A stretch of 64,000 nucleotides of DNA from a virus: positions 1-64,000 of the IMG/VR virus record IMGVR_UViG_3300042305_002533; one strand, written 5' to 3'. Made by a program: the position numbers and the translations under genes. Positions 48,775 to 58,300 of this stretch are shown piece by piece (the first letter of the stretch is position 1; each line of letters starts with the position of its first letter). The notes below the pieces were generated by a model. The model did not search any database. It was not told the origin of the DNA and worked only from the letters and a program-made list of their open reading frames with translations.

Positions 48775-49829
48775 GTGTCATCCCTGTAGTTCGACAAATA
48801 CGCCGTGATTTTCGACTGTCGGATAACTCCGTTCGCTTTGAAGTATCGAACGAGGTTATAGATCAAGGCGACTTGCCGTTTCCGCACGTCTTCGTAATGA
48901 CGATTGTGGACCCCGGTACAGCCAAAGAAGACGTGCTCGCGCGAATTGCAACGCCTGTCGATATTCGACGAGCTGACCCTTCGGCGCCGCTCTACGTAAA
49001 GGTCGCCTCGACCGATATCACCTCGATTAGCGGTGACACTTTCGCGCGAATCGCCAACACAAGCGATTTGACCAAGCTGTCCCGGGATCGCGTCACGGCC
49101 GTCGTGCAAGGTGCGACCAGCTACTTGTCCACAGCCGTCTCCCTGATCTACGACAACTACGCAACTGCTGATGCGGCTGCCCGACAAGTTGTCTCCCGGC
49201 TTTCTGACCTCGTTACGGCGTGGCGCACGTACAATACGGCCTTCGCGACGAACCCGTATCAGGACTATAACCTCCCGCAAACGGCAGCGAGCGTTGAAGC
49301 TGAACGAACGGCGGTGTACGTAGAAAAACGTACCGCACGTGAGACCGCTGAAACTGCGTATGACAATGCCGTAGCGGATAAAGAGCGCTGCGAAAGAGAC
49401 TGCGCCGCCGACAAAGTTATCTATGACTTTCTCGTTGCAGACGTCACGTTTCTTGAGCAGGCTAAAGCCACGGTTCAAGCACAGATAAACGACGTATATC
49501 CTGCCGGAACGTTCACGGTCGCTCCGGCGATCCTGACGCCTGCAGGGCCGTTTACGGTGACCATCCCCACGTCCCGAACACGTGATTACGTGCTAAAGGC
49601 GGGCACCTTCTCAACGGACCTCACCTCTTACGAAAACTTGCTGGTCAAAAAGCGTCAGGACCTGGCGATTTACTCCGAACGCGTACGCGCGTGTTCAGCG
49701 ACTTGTGCGCGTCTGGCGGCGGCCGTTTTGACGGCGCAGCAAACGCTAGATGCCGCACAAGCGGCTGAACGTGCCGCCCTAGCTAACGTCGTAGCCGTCT
49801 GTCCTACTTTTGACCCAAGCACGGTGTGA
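48771..49829 (+). CDS. virion structural protein with coiled coils
   Basis: VFV..RIATPVD; coupled ORF. Confidence 0.55.
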   Translation: MSVIPVVRQIRRDFRLSDNSVRFEVSNEVIDQGDLPFPHVFVMTIVDPGTAKEDVLARIATPVDIRRADPSAPLYVKVASTDITSISGDTFARIANTSDLTKLSRDRVTAVVQGATSYLSTAVSLIYDNYATADAAARQVVSRLSDLVTAWRTYNTAFATNPYQDYNLPQTAASVEAERTAVYVEKRTARETAETAYDNAVADKERCERDCAADKVIYDFLVADVTFLEQAKATVQAQINDVYPAGTFTVAPAILTPAGPFTVTIPTSRTRDYVLKAGTFSTDLTSYENLLVKKRQDLAIYSERVRACSATCARLAAAVLTAQQTLDAAQAAERAALANVVAVCPTFDPSTV

Positions 49830-50848
49830 ACATGATCGACTTTTACAACGACCCAGGCCACGCGACGCTCCGCCACCTTCTACAGCGCTCCCCGGGAGCG
49901 GCTGAAATGCTCAAGACCGCCGAGCTCGAAGACTTCAACCGTGACCTGCCGGACTCGGCTTTTGCCTGGCAGTCAAAGCGCCTGTACCCGGTGCATACGC
50001 CTGAGCACGCGGCTGTCTCCTACCTCTACGCAAAGCACGCCTCGGCGCGCACTCCGCGAGAGGTTCTCACCTTCATCAAGGAGGCTCTCGACATCTACGG
50101 CGTCGAGGAAGAAGCCTTGGCTGAAGTGCAGATCAAGGAGGCCGCGCTCGACGAAGACGAGTGCCTCTTCCCGCAGTCCCGCACGTATCCCGTACGCGAC
50201 GCCGACGAAGTGAAGACTGCTGAGGAGAAGCTCCTCGCCCAGGCCGCGAAGCTTCGGCCTGAGACGCGGGCGGACGCCTTTACCCGTCTTGCGAAAGCCG
50301 CCAGCTTTCACGGCGTGAACTTGCGCGAGGACTCCTACAAGTACGCAGGCCTGACGTACACCGACCGAACACGCCTCGTGGATTCGCTACGCGCTCGCGC
50401 CGCTGCGACAAAGGAGGCCGAACTCAGCGCCAAGTACGCGGCGCTGGCGACGAGCGTCGCGTACGATCGCACCAGCCTGCGTAGCCGCTCCGCCCGCGTG
50501 AAGCTGGCAGAAGCTATCGGGACGCTCGATGAGCGCGCCGGCCTTCTGAAGCATTACGATCGCGATCTGGAAGACCCTATTCGTGCGGTGTTCAACACGA
50601 CAAAGATCGCGGCTGCGGACGACATCGATCTCGGCGGGGGTACGGTCGTGTCGGCGGCCTCGCTCGCGGCGCTTCCGCCGACGTTCTTCAGCGACCTCTT
50701 CGGGCCGGACATCGTGAAGGAGATCGCGCCCGCAGGTCAGGTCGATCCTGCCGCGCTCCAACAAGTCGTCGTTACCTTCCCCGCTGACATGAAGCAGCAA
50801 CTCGCCCAGGCGCTCAAGAGCTCGGGCGTGCCGATGGCGCGGATGTGA
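49826..50848 (+). CDS. KxA-rich protein with two DUF6582-like repeats, probable head protein
   Basis: LPDSAFAW..RLYPVH and LDEDECLFP..RTYPVRD; 11 of 18 Lys in KxA. Confidence 0.6.
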   Translation: MNMIDFYNDPGHATLRHLLQRSPGAAEMLKTAELEDFNRDLPDSAFAWQSKRLYPVHTPEHAAVSYLYAKHASARTPREVLTFIKEALDIYGVEEEALAEVQIKEAALDEDECLFPQSRTYPVRDADEVKTAEEKLLAQAAKLRPETRADAFTRLAKAASFHGVNLREDSYKYAGLTYTDRTRLVDSLRARAAATKEAELSAKYAALATSVAYDRTSLRSRSARVKLAEAIGTLDERAGLLKHYDRDLEDPIRAVFNTTKIAAADDIDLGGGTVVSAASLAALPPTFFSDLFGPDIVKEIAPAGQVDPAALQQVVVTFPADMKQQLAQALKSSGVPMARM

Positions 50849-50852
50849 TCGT

Positions 50853-51536
50853 ATGTCTGCCATCGCGGTCCTTAAAGACCCTCAAGTTCTCCCGTCTGTA
50901 GCCTGGGCTGCGACCAAAAAACTGTTCGGGCCCTCGGTCGCCGCATGGGAGTTTGAGACCATTCGTCTTGAGCTCCAGCGCCGAGGTGTTGAGGTTGACG
51001 AGAGTCTCGCCGCCAAGATCTTCGGGGCCATGACCATCGAGATCACCAACGACTGGACCTTCGACCACGACGTGCTCTTTGCCTTCGCGCTCTCCTGCTG
51101 CGGGGTGCCAAGCAGCGGCGACGGCATTCACCACCCCACGCCGGAGCAGCTCTGTTGGGCGATTCACGACATCCACGCCATCACCGGGAAGCCCATTACG
51201 GACGACGAGGGGTTTGACCCTGACACCATCGACCCGGCAATCGGGGTTCTGCTCCACGATGACGGTTACGTCGTCACGCCCGATGAGCTCTCCTTCGCGC
51301 AAGACGCGCTCGACAAGATCAATCGTTACGGCGCCCTGAATGACATCAAAAAAGAAGTGCAGGACGCCTGGAAGGTCGTATCGAAGCTGCCCGTAGACAG
51401 CCTCAAAAAGCACCTCAGCGAACTTGATGACGAGCCTGCCGAGATCCAGATTCGACGCCTGGGCGACTGCCGGTTATATGTAGCAGAGCGCCAACTGCGT
51501 CGAGCCAAACAACATGCCCTCCTTAACGAGCAATGA
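50853..51536 (+). CDS. hypothetical protein upstream of terminase
   Basis: WE.ET motif; overlaps the terminase start. Confidence 0.6.
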   Translation: MSAIAVLKDPQVLPSVAWAATKKLFGPSVAAWEFETIRLELQRRGVEVDESLAAKIFGAMTIEITNDWTFDHDVLFAFALSCCGVPSSGDGIHHPTPEQLCWAIHDIHAITGKPITDDEGFDPDTIDPAIGVLLHDDGYVVTPDELSFAQDALDKINRYGALNDIKKEVQDAWKVVSKLPVDSLKKHLSELDDEPAEIQIRRLGDCRLYVAERQLRRAKQHALLNEQ

Positions 51537-53157
51537 CGGCGCAGAACTTCGCCGTACCCGATCTGAGCTAGCCCGCGCCCTCCTTCGGATCGACGGTAAG
51601 CCTGTCAACCTCGATGACTACCCGATGTTCCTCGCCATCTACGATGGCGGGTACAAGCGGACTCTCTTGAAGACCTCCCGACAGGTGGGCAAGTCGACGA
51701 CCCTCTCAAACTTCTCCGTCGCTGAGTCTATCGCCGAGCCGCACTTCAAGACCTTCTTCATCTCACCCTCGCAGGAGCAGACGCACAAGTTCTCAACGGA
51801 GCGCGTCGGCAAGACGATCATGTACTCGCCCCTGGTGAAGAAGCACTTCATCGGAGACTCCGCGAGTAACCGCGTCATGGTGCGCTCTTTCAAGCGCGGG
51901 TCTACGATCTATTTCAGTTATGCCGAAGACGACGCCGACCGTTGTCGCGGTATCACGGCTGACCGCTTGTGCCTCGATGAGGTGCAGGACATCAACCTCG
52001 AAGCCGTAATCCCCGTCGTCAAAGAGACCATCGCCAACTCGGAGTACGCGTACGAGATGTACTGCGGCACGCCGAAGACGATGGAAAATGGCATCGAGAT
52101 CATGTGGAAGTCGTCCACCAAGAGTGAGTGGGCGATGAAGTGCGAGGGCTGCAGTCGCTTCTCGGTAATCGTGAGCGAAACGCAGCTTGGTAAAGAGGGG
52201 CCGATTTGCACCAAGTGCGGCAAAGGGCTGAACCCCCGCTTCGGCGTGTGGATCGACACCAACCGGGAAGTCGACGCCAAGACCAAGGGCTTTCACATCT
52301 CCCGCGCCATCATGCCGAAATCGGTGCCGATCTGTTGGCCCGAAGGTCCGCAACGTGAGAAGGCCAAAGAAAAATGGGCCGAGGTCCTCGACAAGCTGGA
52401 AGGCCCGGGGGCCTACCCGCTGTCGATGTTCCGCAACGAAGTTCTGGGCATCAGCGACTCCGAAGGCGTACGCCTTCTGACAAAAGAAGACCTCGACACC
52501 ATGTGCGACGGCCCGGACATCTCGCCCGTGCCGACGCACCAGAACATGGCGGACGTGTCAAAAGTCTCTGCGGGATTTGACTGGTCCGGGGGCGGCACGG
52601 AAATAAAGTCGCGCACTGTACTGACCATCCAGGGGCAGCTGACCAACGGCCGGATCAGGATTTTGTATTTCAAGATCTTCCCCGGGACCTCACCCCTCGA
52701 AGAGCTGAATGAGATAACACAAATTGTAAAAAACTATGACACGCGCTTCCCGATGTTCATGGGCGGTGACGCCGGCGAAGGCAACATGAACATGGACTCG
52801 CTGCGGAACCGATTTCAGAAGCCCCAGCGGATTCTGAAGATCCGCTACGTCGGCACGCAGAATACGTACGTGCAGTGGAACTCCGTCGGCGGCTTTTACA
52901 CGTTGCACCGAACGCCCGCGATTGACTCAATGATGACCAACTTGAAGATGGGGAAGTACCAGTTCCCCGCAAACAAGAAGGTCATGGACGTGGCGTTCAA
53001 CGACATCTTGAACGAGCACGTCGAAGTAACGACGCAGGGGCGGAAGCGCTGGGATCACGCGTCCAATAAGCCCGATGACTTTTTGCACGCACTCGTGTTT
53101 GGCCGTTTGGCGCTTCAGGTGAGCACCGGCGAGCTGAACCTGGGGAGTGCGTTTTAG
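51514..53157 (+). CDS. terL: terminase large subunit
   Basis: SRQVGKST, LCLDEVQD, GTP, Zn ribbon CEGC/CTKC, GFDW, PDDFLHA. Confidence 0.9.
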   Translation: MPSLTSNDGAELRRTRSELARALLRIDGKPVNLDDYPMFLAIYDGGYKRTLLKTSRQVGKSTTLSNFSVAESIAEPHFKTFFISPSQEQTHKFSTERVGKTIMYSPLVKKHFIGDSASNRVMVRSFKRGSTIYFSYAEDDADRCRGITADRLCLDEVQDINLEAVIPVVKETIANSEYAYEMYCGTPKTMENGIEIMWKSSTKSEWAMKCEGCSRFSVIVSETQLGKEGPICTKCGKGLNPRFGVWIDTNREVDAKTKGFHISRAIMPKSVPICWPEGPQREKAKEKWAEVLDKLEGPGAYPLSMFRNEVLGISDSEGVRLLTKEDLDTMCDGPDISPVPTHQNMADVSKVSAGFDWSGGGTEIKSRTVLTIQGQLTNGRIRILYFKIFPGTSPLEELNEITQIVKNYDTRFPMFMGGDAGEGNMNMDSLRNRFQKPQRILKIRYVGTQNTYVQWNSVGGFYTLHRTPAIDSMMTNLKMGKYQFPANKKVMDVAFNDILNEHVEVTTQGRKRWDHASNKPDDFLHALVFGRLALQVSTGELNLGSAF

Positions 53158-53159
53158 CC

Positions 53160-53190
53160 AAAAAAACACGCAGCGTTTTACCGCTGCGTG
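53160..53190 (-). terminator. intrinsic terminator
   Basis: cacgcagcg/cgctgcgtg followed by T7. Confidence 0.8.
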
Positions 53191-53342
53191 CCTCCCAGGC
53201 TTCTCGCCTTACCTGGAATGGCGGCTATCTTATGGGGGCAAGGCCCGAGAGATATTGCTTCGACAGGCAATCCCAGAACGATTAAATCGCCGGGCGGTCT
53301 CTGCGTGGTGACTCTCGGGGTTTGACCACACTTGAAGGTCAA
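53160..53342 (-). ncRNA. candidate structured ncRNA of about 180 nt
   Basis: Bounded by a GGTATAAG motif and a terminator; stems ttgacc/ggtcaa and cccgagag/ctctcggg enclosing two hairpins. Confidence 0.5.
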
Positions 53343-53345
53343 GTT

Positions 53346-53372
53346 CTTATACCAGAAAAGGCCCTGCCTTTT
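53346..53372 (-). promoter_or_regulatory. phage promoter motif AAAA-N15-GGTATAAG
   Basis: Motif match. Confidence 0.65.
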
Positions 53373-53440
53373 GGCCAAAAGAAACCGCCCCCTTGGACGC
53401 GCCGAACGGCGCAGGGCGGTGCCTCCAGGACGGAGGGCTT
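53369..53440 (-). repeat. cassette repeat 1 (structured terminator)
   Basis: 72-nt near-identical copy of 53804-53875. Confidence 0.9.
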
Positions 53441-53774
53441 ACAAGGACCGAAGCCAGCCCTTGAGGTACGCGGCGTACTCCGGCCGCGCGCAGATGCGGG
53501 ACGCCTTCACGTCCCGCGAGAAAACCGCCGCCAGCGGCTTGAGCGCCTCTTGCGGCAGAAGAGCGGCCGCCGCCGCCCGGTACTCCTCCGGGTGGGCTTC
53601 CACCCAGAGGAGGTCGGGGTCCGAAGAGTCGAACCCCTCCCCGCCATGCTGGGGCACACCCATCATGGTGAGGCTGTGCGCCAACCGGGTCCATTCCCGA
53701 TTGGCGGTGAACTCCTCGACGTCCTTCCGGAAGTCGAGGAGCCATGCGTTAACGCCGTCAGGCATAGCGATCAT
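53439..53774 (-). CDS. hypothetical protein (cassette ORF, leaderless)
   Basis: TATAAG-N5-ATG; stop abuts repeat 1. Confidence 0.65.
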   Translation of the reverse strand: MIAMPDGVNAWLLDFRKDVEEFTANREWTRLAHSLTMMGVPQHGGEGFDSSDPDLLWVEAHPEEYRAAAAALLPQEALKPLAAVFSRDVKASRICARPEYAAYLKGWLRSL

Positions 53775-53779
53775 ACTGT

Positions 53780-53807
53780 CTTATACCCGACGCCCCCTAT
53801 CGTTTTT
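53780..53807 (-). promoter_or_regulatory. phage promoter motif AAAAA-N15-GGTATAAG
   Basis: Motif match. Confidence 0.7.
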
Positions 53808-53875
53808 GGCCAAAAGAAACCGCCCCTTTGGACGCGCCGAACGGCGCAGGGCGGTGCCTCCAGGACGGAGGGCTT
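53804..53875 (-). repeat. cassette repeat 2 (structured terminator)
   Basis: Copy of repeat 1 with one substitution. Confidence 0.9.
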
Positions 53876-54342
53876 CAGACGTTTGCTGCCCGCTCGGCCT
53901 GCTCGGCCAGGCTCAGCAGCTCGGACCTGACGTAGGCGAGGTCTCTGTACTCCCCGCCCCATGACGGCGACTGCCCAGCGTCCCACGGCGGGGGCGCGTC
54001 CCCCATGTGGGCACAATCAAAGCCGACGGTGACGCCCCCGTCCCCGTCGGCTTCGAACTCGGCGTACGTGCACCCGCCGTGGGCCTCGATAGCCCAGAGC
54101 AGCCGGTTTTCGCACGGGGGGGCAGGCGCCCCGTCTTCGCCCGTGCAGGCCGCCTGGGCCCACGGGTGGGCCCGGGGCACGGTGATGTACCCGCACCAGT
54201 GCCCGCGGTAGCTCCGCCGGGCGCGCACCGGGAAGCCCCGGTAGACGGCCTCCACCAGGGAGACCTCCGGGCCATCGGCCCGGTCCAGGGCGTCGACGGG
54301 GTTGAGGTTGTTGTTCGTATCCCCAGAAACATGGGTGTCCAT
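53875..54342 (-). CDS. conserved phage protein (GHWCGY/HGG.TY/GFDCAH family), cassette ORF
   Basis: Motifs; TATAAG-N5-ATG. Confidence 0.75.
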   Translation of the reverse strand: MDTHVSGDTNNNLNPVDALDRADGPEVSLVEAVYRGFPVRARRSYRGHWCGYITVPRAHPWAQAACTGEDGAPAPPCENRLLWAIEAHGGCTYAEFEADGDGGVTVGFDCAHMGDAPPPWDAGQSPSWGGEYRDLAYVRSELLSLAEQAERAANV

Positions 54343-54347
54343 ACTGA

Positions 54348-54375
54348 CTTATACCCGCCGCCCCTACCGTTTTTT
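54348..54375 (-). promoter_or_regulatory. phage promoter motif AAAAAA-N14-GGTATAAG
   Basis: Motif match. Confidence 0.7.
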
Positions 54376-54423
54376 GACCAAAAGAAACCACCCCGTTGGA
54401 CGCGCCGAACGGCGCGGGGTGGT
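54372..54423 (-). repeat. cassette repeat 3 (diverged, compensatory change)
   Basis: accaccc/gggtggt versus accgccc/gggcggt; core ttggacgcgccgaacggcgc invariant. Confidence 0.85.
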
Positions 54424-54442
54424 AGATCCAACTCAGGACGGG

Positions 54443-54787
54443 TTAGATCTTCTCCAGGACGGCCAGGCCCCAACCGGGGTAGGCCTCCGTCTGGAGGGTG
54501 ACGTCCGCGAGGGGCACCGGGCGCCCCTCGCGGACTGCCGTTGCGATCTCCTCAGGCGTGGCGTCGTCGTAGACGCTCACGTCGAGGCGACCGTCGGACA
54601 GCCGCATGACCGAGGCACAGCCCCGGATGGTGCGGCGACCGATGACGAGCACCTTGCTGCCCTTGGCAGTCAAGGCTGCTCGCCACCTCTGGTGGGACGG
54701 GACTGTTTCGGCGGTATGCCCGCCGCCCCAGATCCCGTCCCACCATCGGTCTGCGACCGTGAATTTGGAGGCATCAAAGTGGTCCAT
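54443..54787 (-). CDS. hypothetical protein (cassette ORF)
   Basis: GGTATAAG-GAGGT-ATG. Confidence 0.65.
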   Translation of the reverse strand: MDHFDASKFTVADRWWDGIWGGGHTAETVPSHQRWRAALTAKGSKVLVIGRRTIRGCASVMRLSDGRLDVSVYDDATPEEIATAVREGRPVPLADVTLQTEAYPGWGLAVLEKI

Positions 54788-54792
54788 ACCTC

Positions 54793-54820
54793 CTTATACC
54801 CGCCCAACCCCCCCCTTTTT
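54793..54820 (-). promoter_or_regulatory. phage promoter motif AAAAA-N15-GGTATAAG (G8 run in spacer)
   Basis: Motif match. Confidence 0.7.
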
Positions 54821-55377
54821 CACGCCGCGAAAAACGGCCTCGCCACCTTATCAAACACGAACTTCCCCCGCTCGATGTCCGCCATGGCCCGGTGCTCCTG
54901 GAGATTCGGGCCGCCCAGGGCGTCGTAGACCTGATGCAGCCCGAACTTCGGCAGCCCCATCTTGATCGCCGCCACCGCCGAGAAAGACTGGATGTCGATC
55001 GCTCGACGGTCCCACGTGGGTTCGAGGTCAAAGTACGCCAGTTCCGCCTTGATCATGTCACAGTCGAAGCGAACGTTCTGCGAGCAGAGGGGCACGTTCC
55101 CCAGAAGGGAAGCGTACTGCCGCCACAACTTAAGGGCCGTTTCCGTCCCAGCCCGGGGGGCTTTCTCCCAGTCGGGGTTGTCGAAGTACCCGTTGATCTT
55201 CATCGCGACGGGGCTCCACGGGGTCATCGAGAGGTCCACGCGCTGCCGGAGCACGAAGCTCGACATCACGGTCATCTCCTGGGGCCGAACGTCCACCAGT
55301 TGAACAGCGGCCTCGATGACCCGGTTGACGCCCGCCTTGAGTCCGGTTGTTTCAGTATCGACGAATGCGATGAGCAT
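54820..55377 (-). CDS. DnaQ-like DEDDh 3'-5' exonuclease
   Basis: VDTETTGL, QNVRFD, HRAMAD. Confidence 0.9.
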   Translation of the reverse strand: MLIAFVDTETTGLKAGVNRVIEAAVQLVDVRPQEMTVMSSFVLRQRVDLSMTPWSPVAMKINGYFDNPDWEKAPRAGTETALKLWRQYASLLGNVPLCSQNVRFDCDMIKAELAYFDLEPTWDRRAIDIQSFSAVAAIKMGLPKFGLHQVYDALGGPNLQEHRAMADIERGKFVFDKVARPFFAA

Positions 55378-55392
55378 GTTTGCCTCTTGTAG

Positions 55393-58300
55393 TCAGGGGG
55401 CCCGAGTCCGCTCGGGCATTTCAAAACCATCTGGATCACGGAGATCGTCGAACTGCTCTTCCTCGGTGTAGCCGTCGAACTGCGGTTCGGGTGTCGGCGC
55501 CGGAAGCGCCTTCACATACTTCTCGAAGTCCATGACTTCGCCGTAGCTGGGCCCGAGCTCTACGTCCCATCGATAAGGCACCGGCATCCATGGGAACGCC
55601 TCAGCAACACGGTTTGTGCCGTACTGCGTGAAAATGTCCCGCACCTGATGCGCGTACTTCTTGGGGACCTGAAAGCCAATCGAGTCGTGAACTGTCAGCA
55701 GTAACCGCCCGCGCAAGTCATTTTCAATCACAGGCGCAAGCCAACAAAGCACGCTGAGCACGATGTCGGAGTTTGTGCCCTGTACCTTGAAGTTGATCGC
55801 CCGGCGCTCAGCTTGCGCCCGGAGTTCATTCGGAGCGCCGGCGCCAATAAGAAAGCGACGACGGCGGCCATTGAAGGCCTCGACCATGCCAAAGGTGCGA
55901 AGCTCCCACTTCGTGCGGTCCATGAAGGTTCGGATCGTCGGAAACTTCGTGAAGAGAAGCTCCTGAATCTTCTTGGCGAACTCATGGGAAATGCCGGCAA
56001 TCTCCGCAATCTTCTTGATGCCGGCGCCGTAAAGCATTCCGAAGACAAGGCGCTTGATGTTGTCGCGCAGCGCCTTCAGGCGCTTGCCGTAGGCCTTATC
56101 GGGCAAAAGCCCATCCTTGCCCTTAAGAAAGTCCTCGTAAGACCACTCGTGGTCGTCATCAATACCCGCGTTCACAAGGGCGATACGCCGCGACTCGCCG
56201 CTAAGCCCCGCCGCTACGAGCTTGGGGTTCAGACACTCAGAGCCGAAGAAGCAGTGCGCGTCCAGGCCGTCCTGAAGCGCCGCAATCAGCGCCTGATCTT
56301 TGGAGTAAGCTGAGTAGATTGAAACCTCGGCGCCTTTAGCGTCGGCGTTGCCGAAACAATAACTGTCGTCATCGGGCACAAAAAGCTTCTTGCAGTTCAC
56401 GCCCTCAAAGACCGGGCGCCCCTCGTCGCTGAGAACCAGAGCGCCTTTCAGATCTCGTAGCGCGCCGATCAGGCCCTTCGGTATGTTCTGGGCGTTAAAC
56501 CGGGCGTCGCCCACCTGGACCGCCGAGGACAAGCGGCCCGTAGACGTCGAGGTCAAGCCATAGCCCGCGTGAAGCTTGCCGTCCCCGAAGTAAGTAGCCA
56601 GCGCCTCGATATTCGCGAAGAAAGTGTTCTTGCCCTTGTCCGCCTTCTTATGCGCTAGGAGCAAGTTGGCTAACGGGCACTTGTAGCGCGCGACGAGGCT
56701 TTTCATCACGCCGTCGCTGACCTGAATGGCGCCTTTGGCGGTATACGCCTGAGCTTTGTAGCTGATGCGCTTCCCGTCAAAGTTCACCAGCCCCGGATAC
56801 TCTGCAGCAAGCTTGTCCGCCGCTTCCGGGTCCGGATGAATGTAGCCGTCACCAAAGAACAGTTGCCCCAGGCGCTTCGTCGACCCGAGCTTGAATTCGT
56901 CACCACCCGCCAGTTCAAAGATCTGCTGCCGGGTGTGCTCAACGGTCTGCCCCAAAGACTCCGCGCCCCAAGTACAGTAATTCAAATCAACCCGCATGCC
57001 GTTGTATTCGATCTTCGCAAGCTCACGCTGACGCGGCAGATAGTCGTCCTGCACAAGCTTGCGAAGAGGGCTCGGCGTCGGACAAAGCCGCTGAACCGTA
57101 AAGGGGTCCCGCCGCCCGAGCTTGACCGCCTCCTCAATTTTGTTGCGCAACTGCGACAGCGCGAAGTCTTCCTCATGCATTCGCTGCACTTGAATTACCG
57201 CGATCCGCCTTGTCGCGTCGGCGTCCACGCACGCATAGAACATCAGCTCTTGAAGCGGGATGCTCTCAAACCCGCCGGTCTTTTTCTTCTTGGACGGCGC
57301 CTTATCCGCCTTCGTTTGAAACTCTCCACTTTTCTTTGCGTTCAAGACCAACTGAATCTGATCTTTTATCTCAGCCCACTTCGGGTCTTTGACCGCCGTC
57401 TCCAGAGTCTTGACCTGAAACCGCTGCGTCTTCAGAACCTTCTTCTTCAACAACGTATCAAGCGCCGCCGCAACGGCCGGGGGCAACCGCAGCGTCTTCC
57501 CTTCGGTTGAAGGCTGTGCCGCGTCGACGCGCTCGTTGGCTTCTTCGAGCATGCCCTGCAGCCGGTCTTCGTAACCGGCGAGTTCGGGCAAGAACTGCTT
57601 TGTGAGCATTTTCAGCGAATAGAACTTTTTCTTGTCCTCTTCGAGAACATGCTCGGCGAGCAGCGCGTCCCACGCAACGTTGCCTACGTCGCCCTGGGGC
57701 CAGCCCAACCGCCAGAAAACTTTGTAGTCGTACTTGCCATTAAACCAGATAATCGGCTTGCCGCTGGTCAGAAGGCGCTTGATCTCCTCATACGCCGCCG
57801 CCGGGTCGTACATGTCGTTTCGCGGGTGCCAGAGCGCAACGGACGCCGCCTTGCTCGTTGCCCACGCAAACGAGACGGACAAAAGCTTTGTGCCGTCCCA
57901 ATTGGGGTGAAGGGTATTGGTCTCCGTATCGAAAGAGATCTTCCAAGACATCGGCGGGATATCAAACTCGGAGTAGCCGATAACGTGATCGACAAGCTTG
58001 CGGATCTCTTCAAGCGTCTTTGGGTAAACGAAGCCCTTCTCGATCTCTTCGCGGCTCTTTACCCGGATAAGCGACGAAGTCGCCAGCCGCGCCGCGCGCT
58101 CAATGTCTGCAAGCAGCGTATTGAATTTGCCGTCTTGCGTGCCGTGCGCCTTCAAGGACCGTGTGAAAACCACGTTCACTTTGACGCCCGCGACATCGAC
58201 GTCTTCGAATATCCGGTTGAGCGCCTCGTCTTCGCTGCGCACCGAAACGCCCAGAGCCACAAGCGCCGCGACCCCGCAGGCAATAACGACGATCTTATTC

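Noticed and set aside
50853-51536. Terminase small subunit
   Set aside because: Only its position suggests this; I found no recognisable HTH or TerS motif.
53369-54423. CRISPR array or integron attC array
   Set aside because: The intervals are 360-500 nt and carry full genes with promoters. I see no attC core sites, and no integrase or cas operon lies in the window.
54808-54815. Phase variation through the G8 run in a promoter spacer
   Set aside because: The run is short and other spacers are also G-rich. It cannot be supported without read-level length variation.
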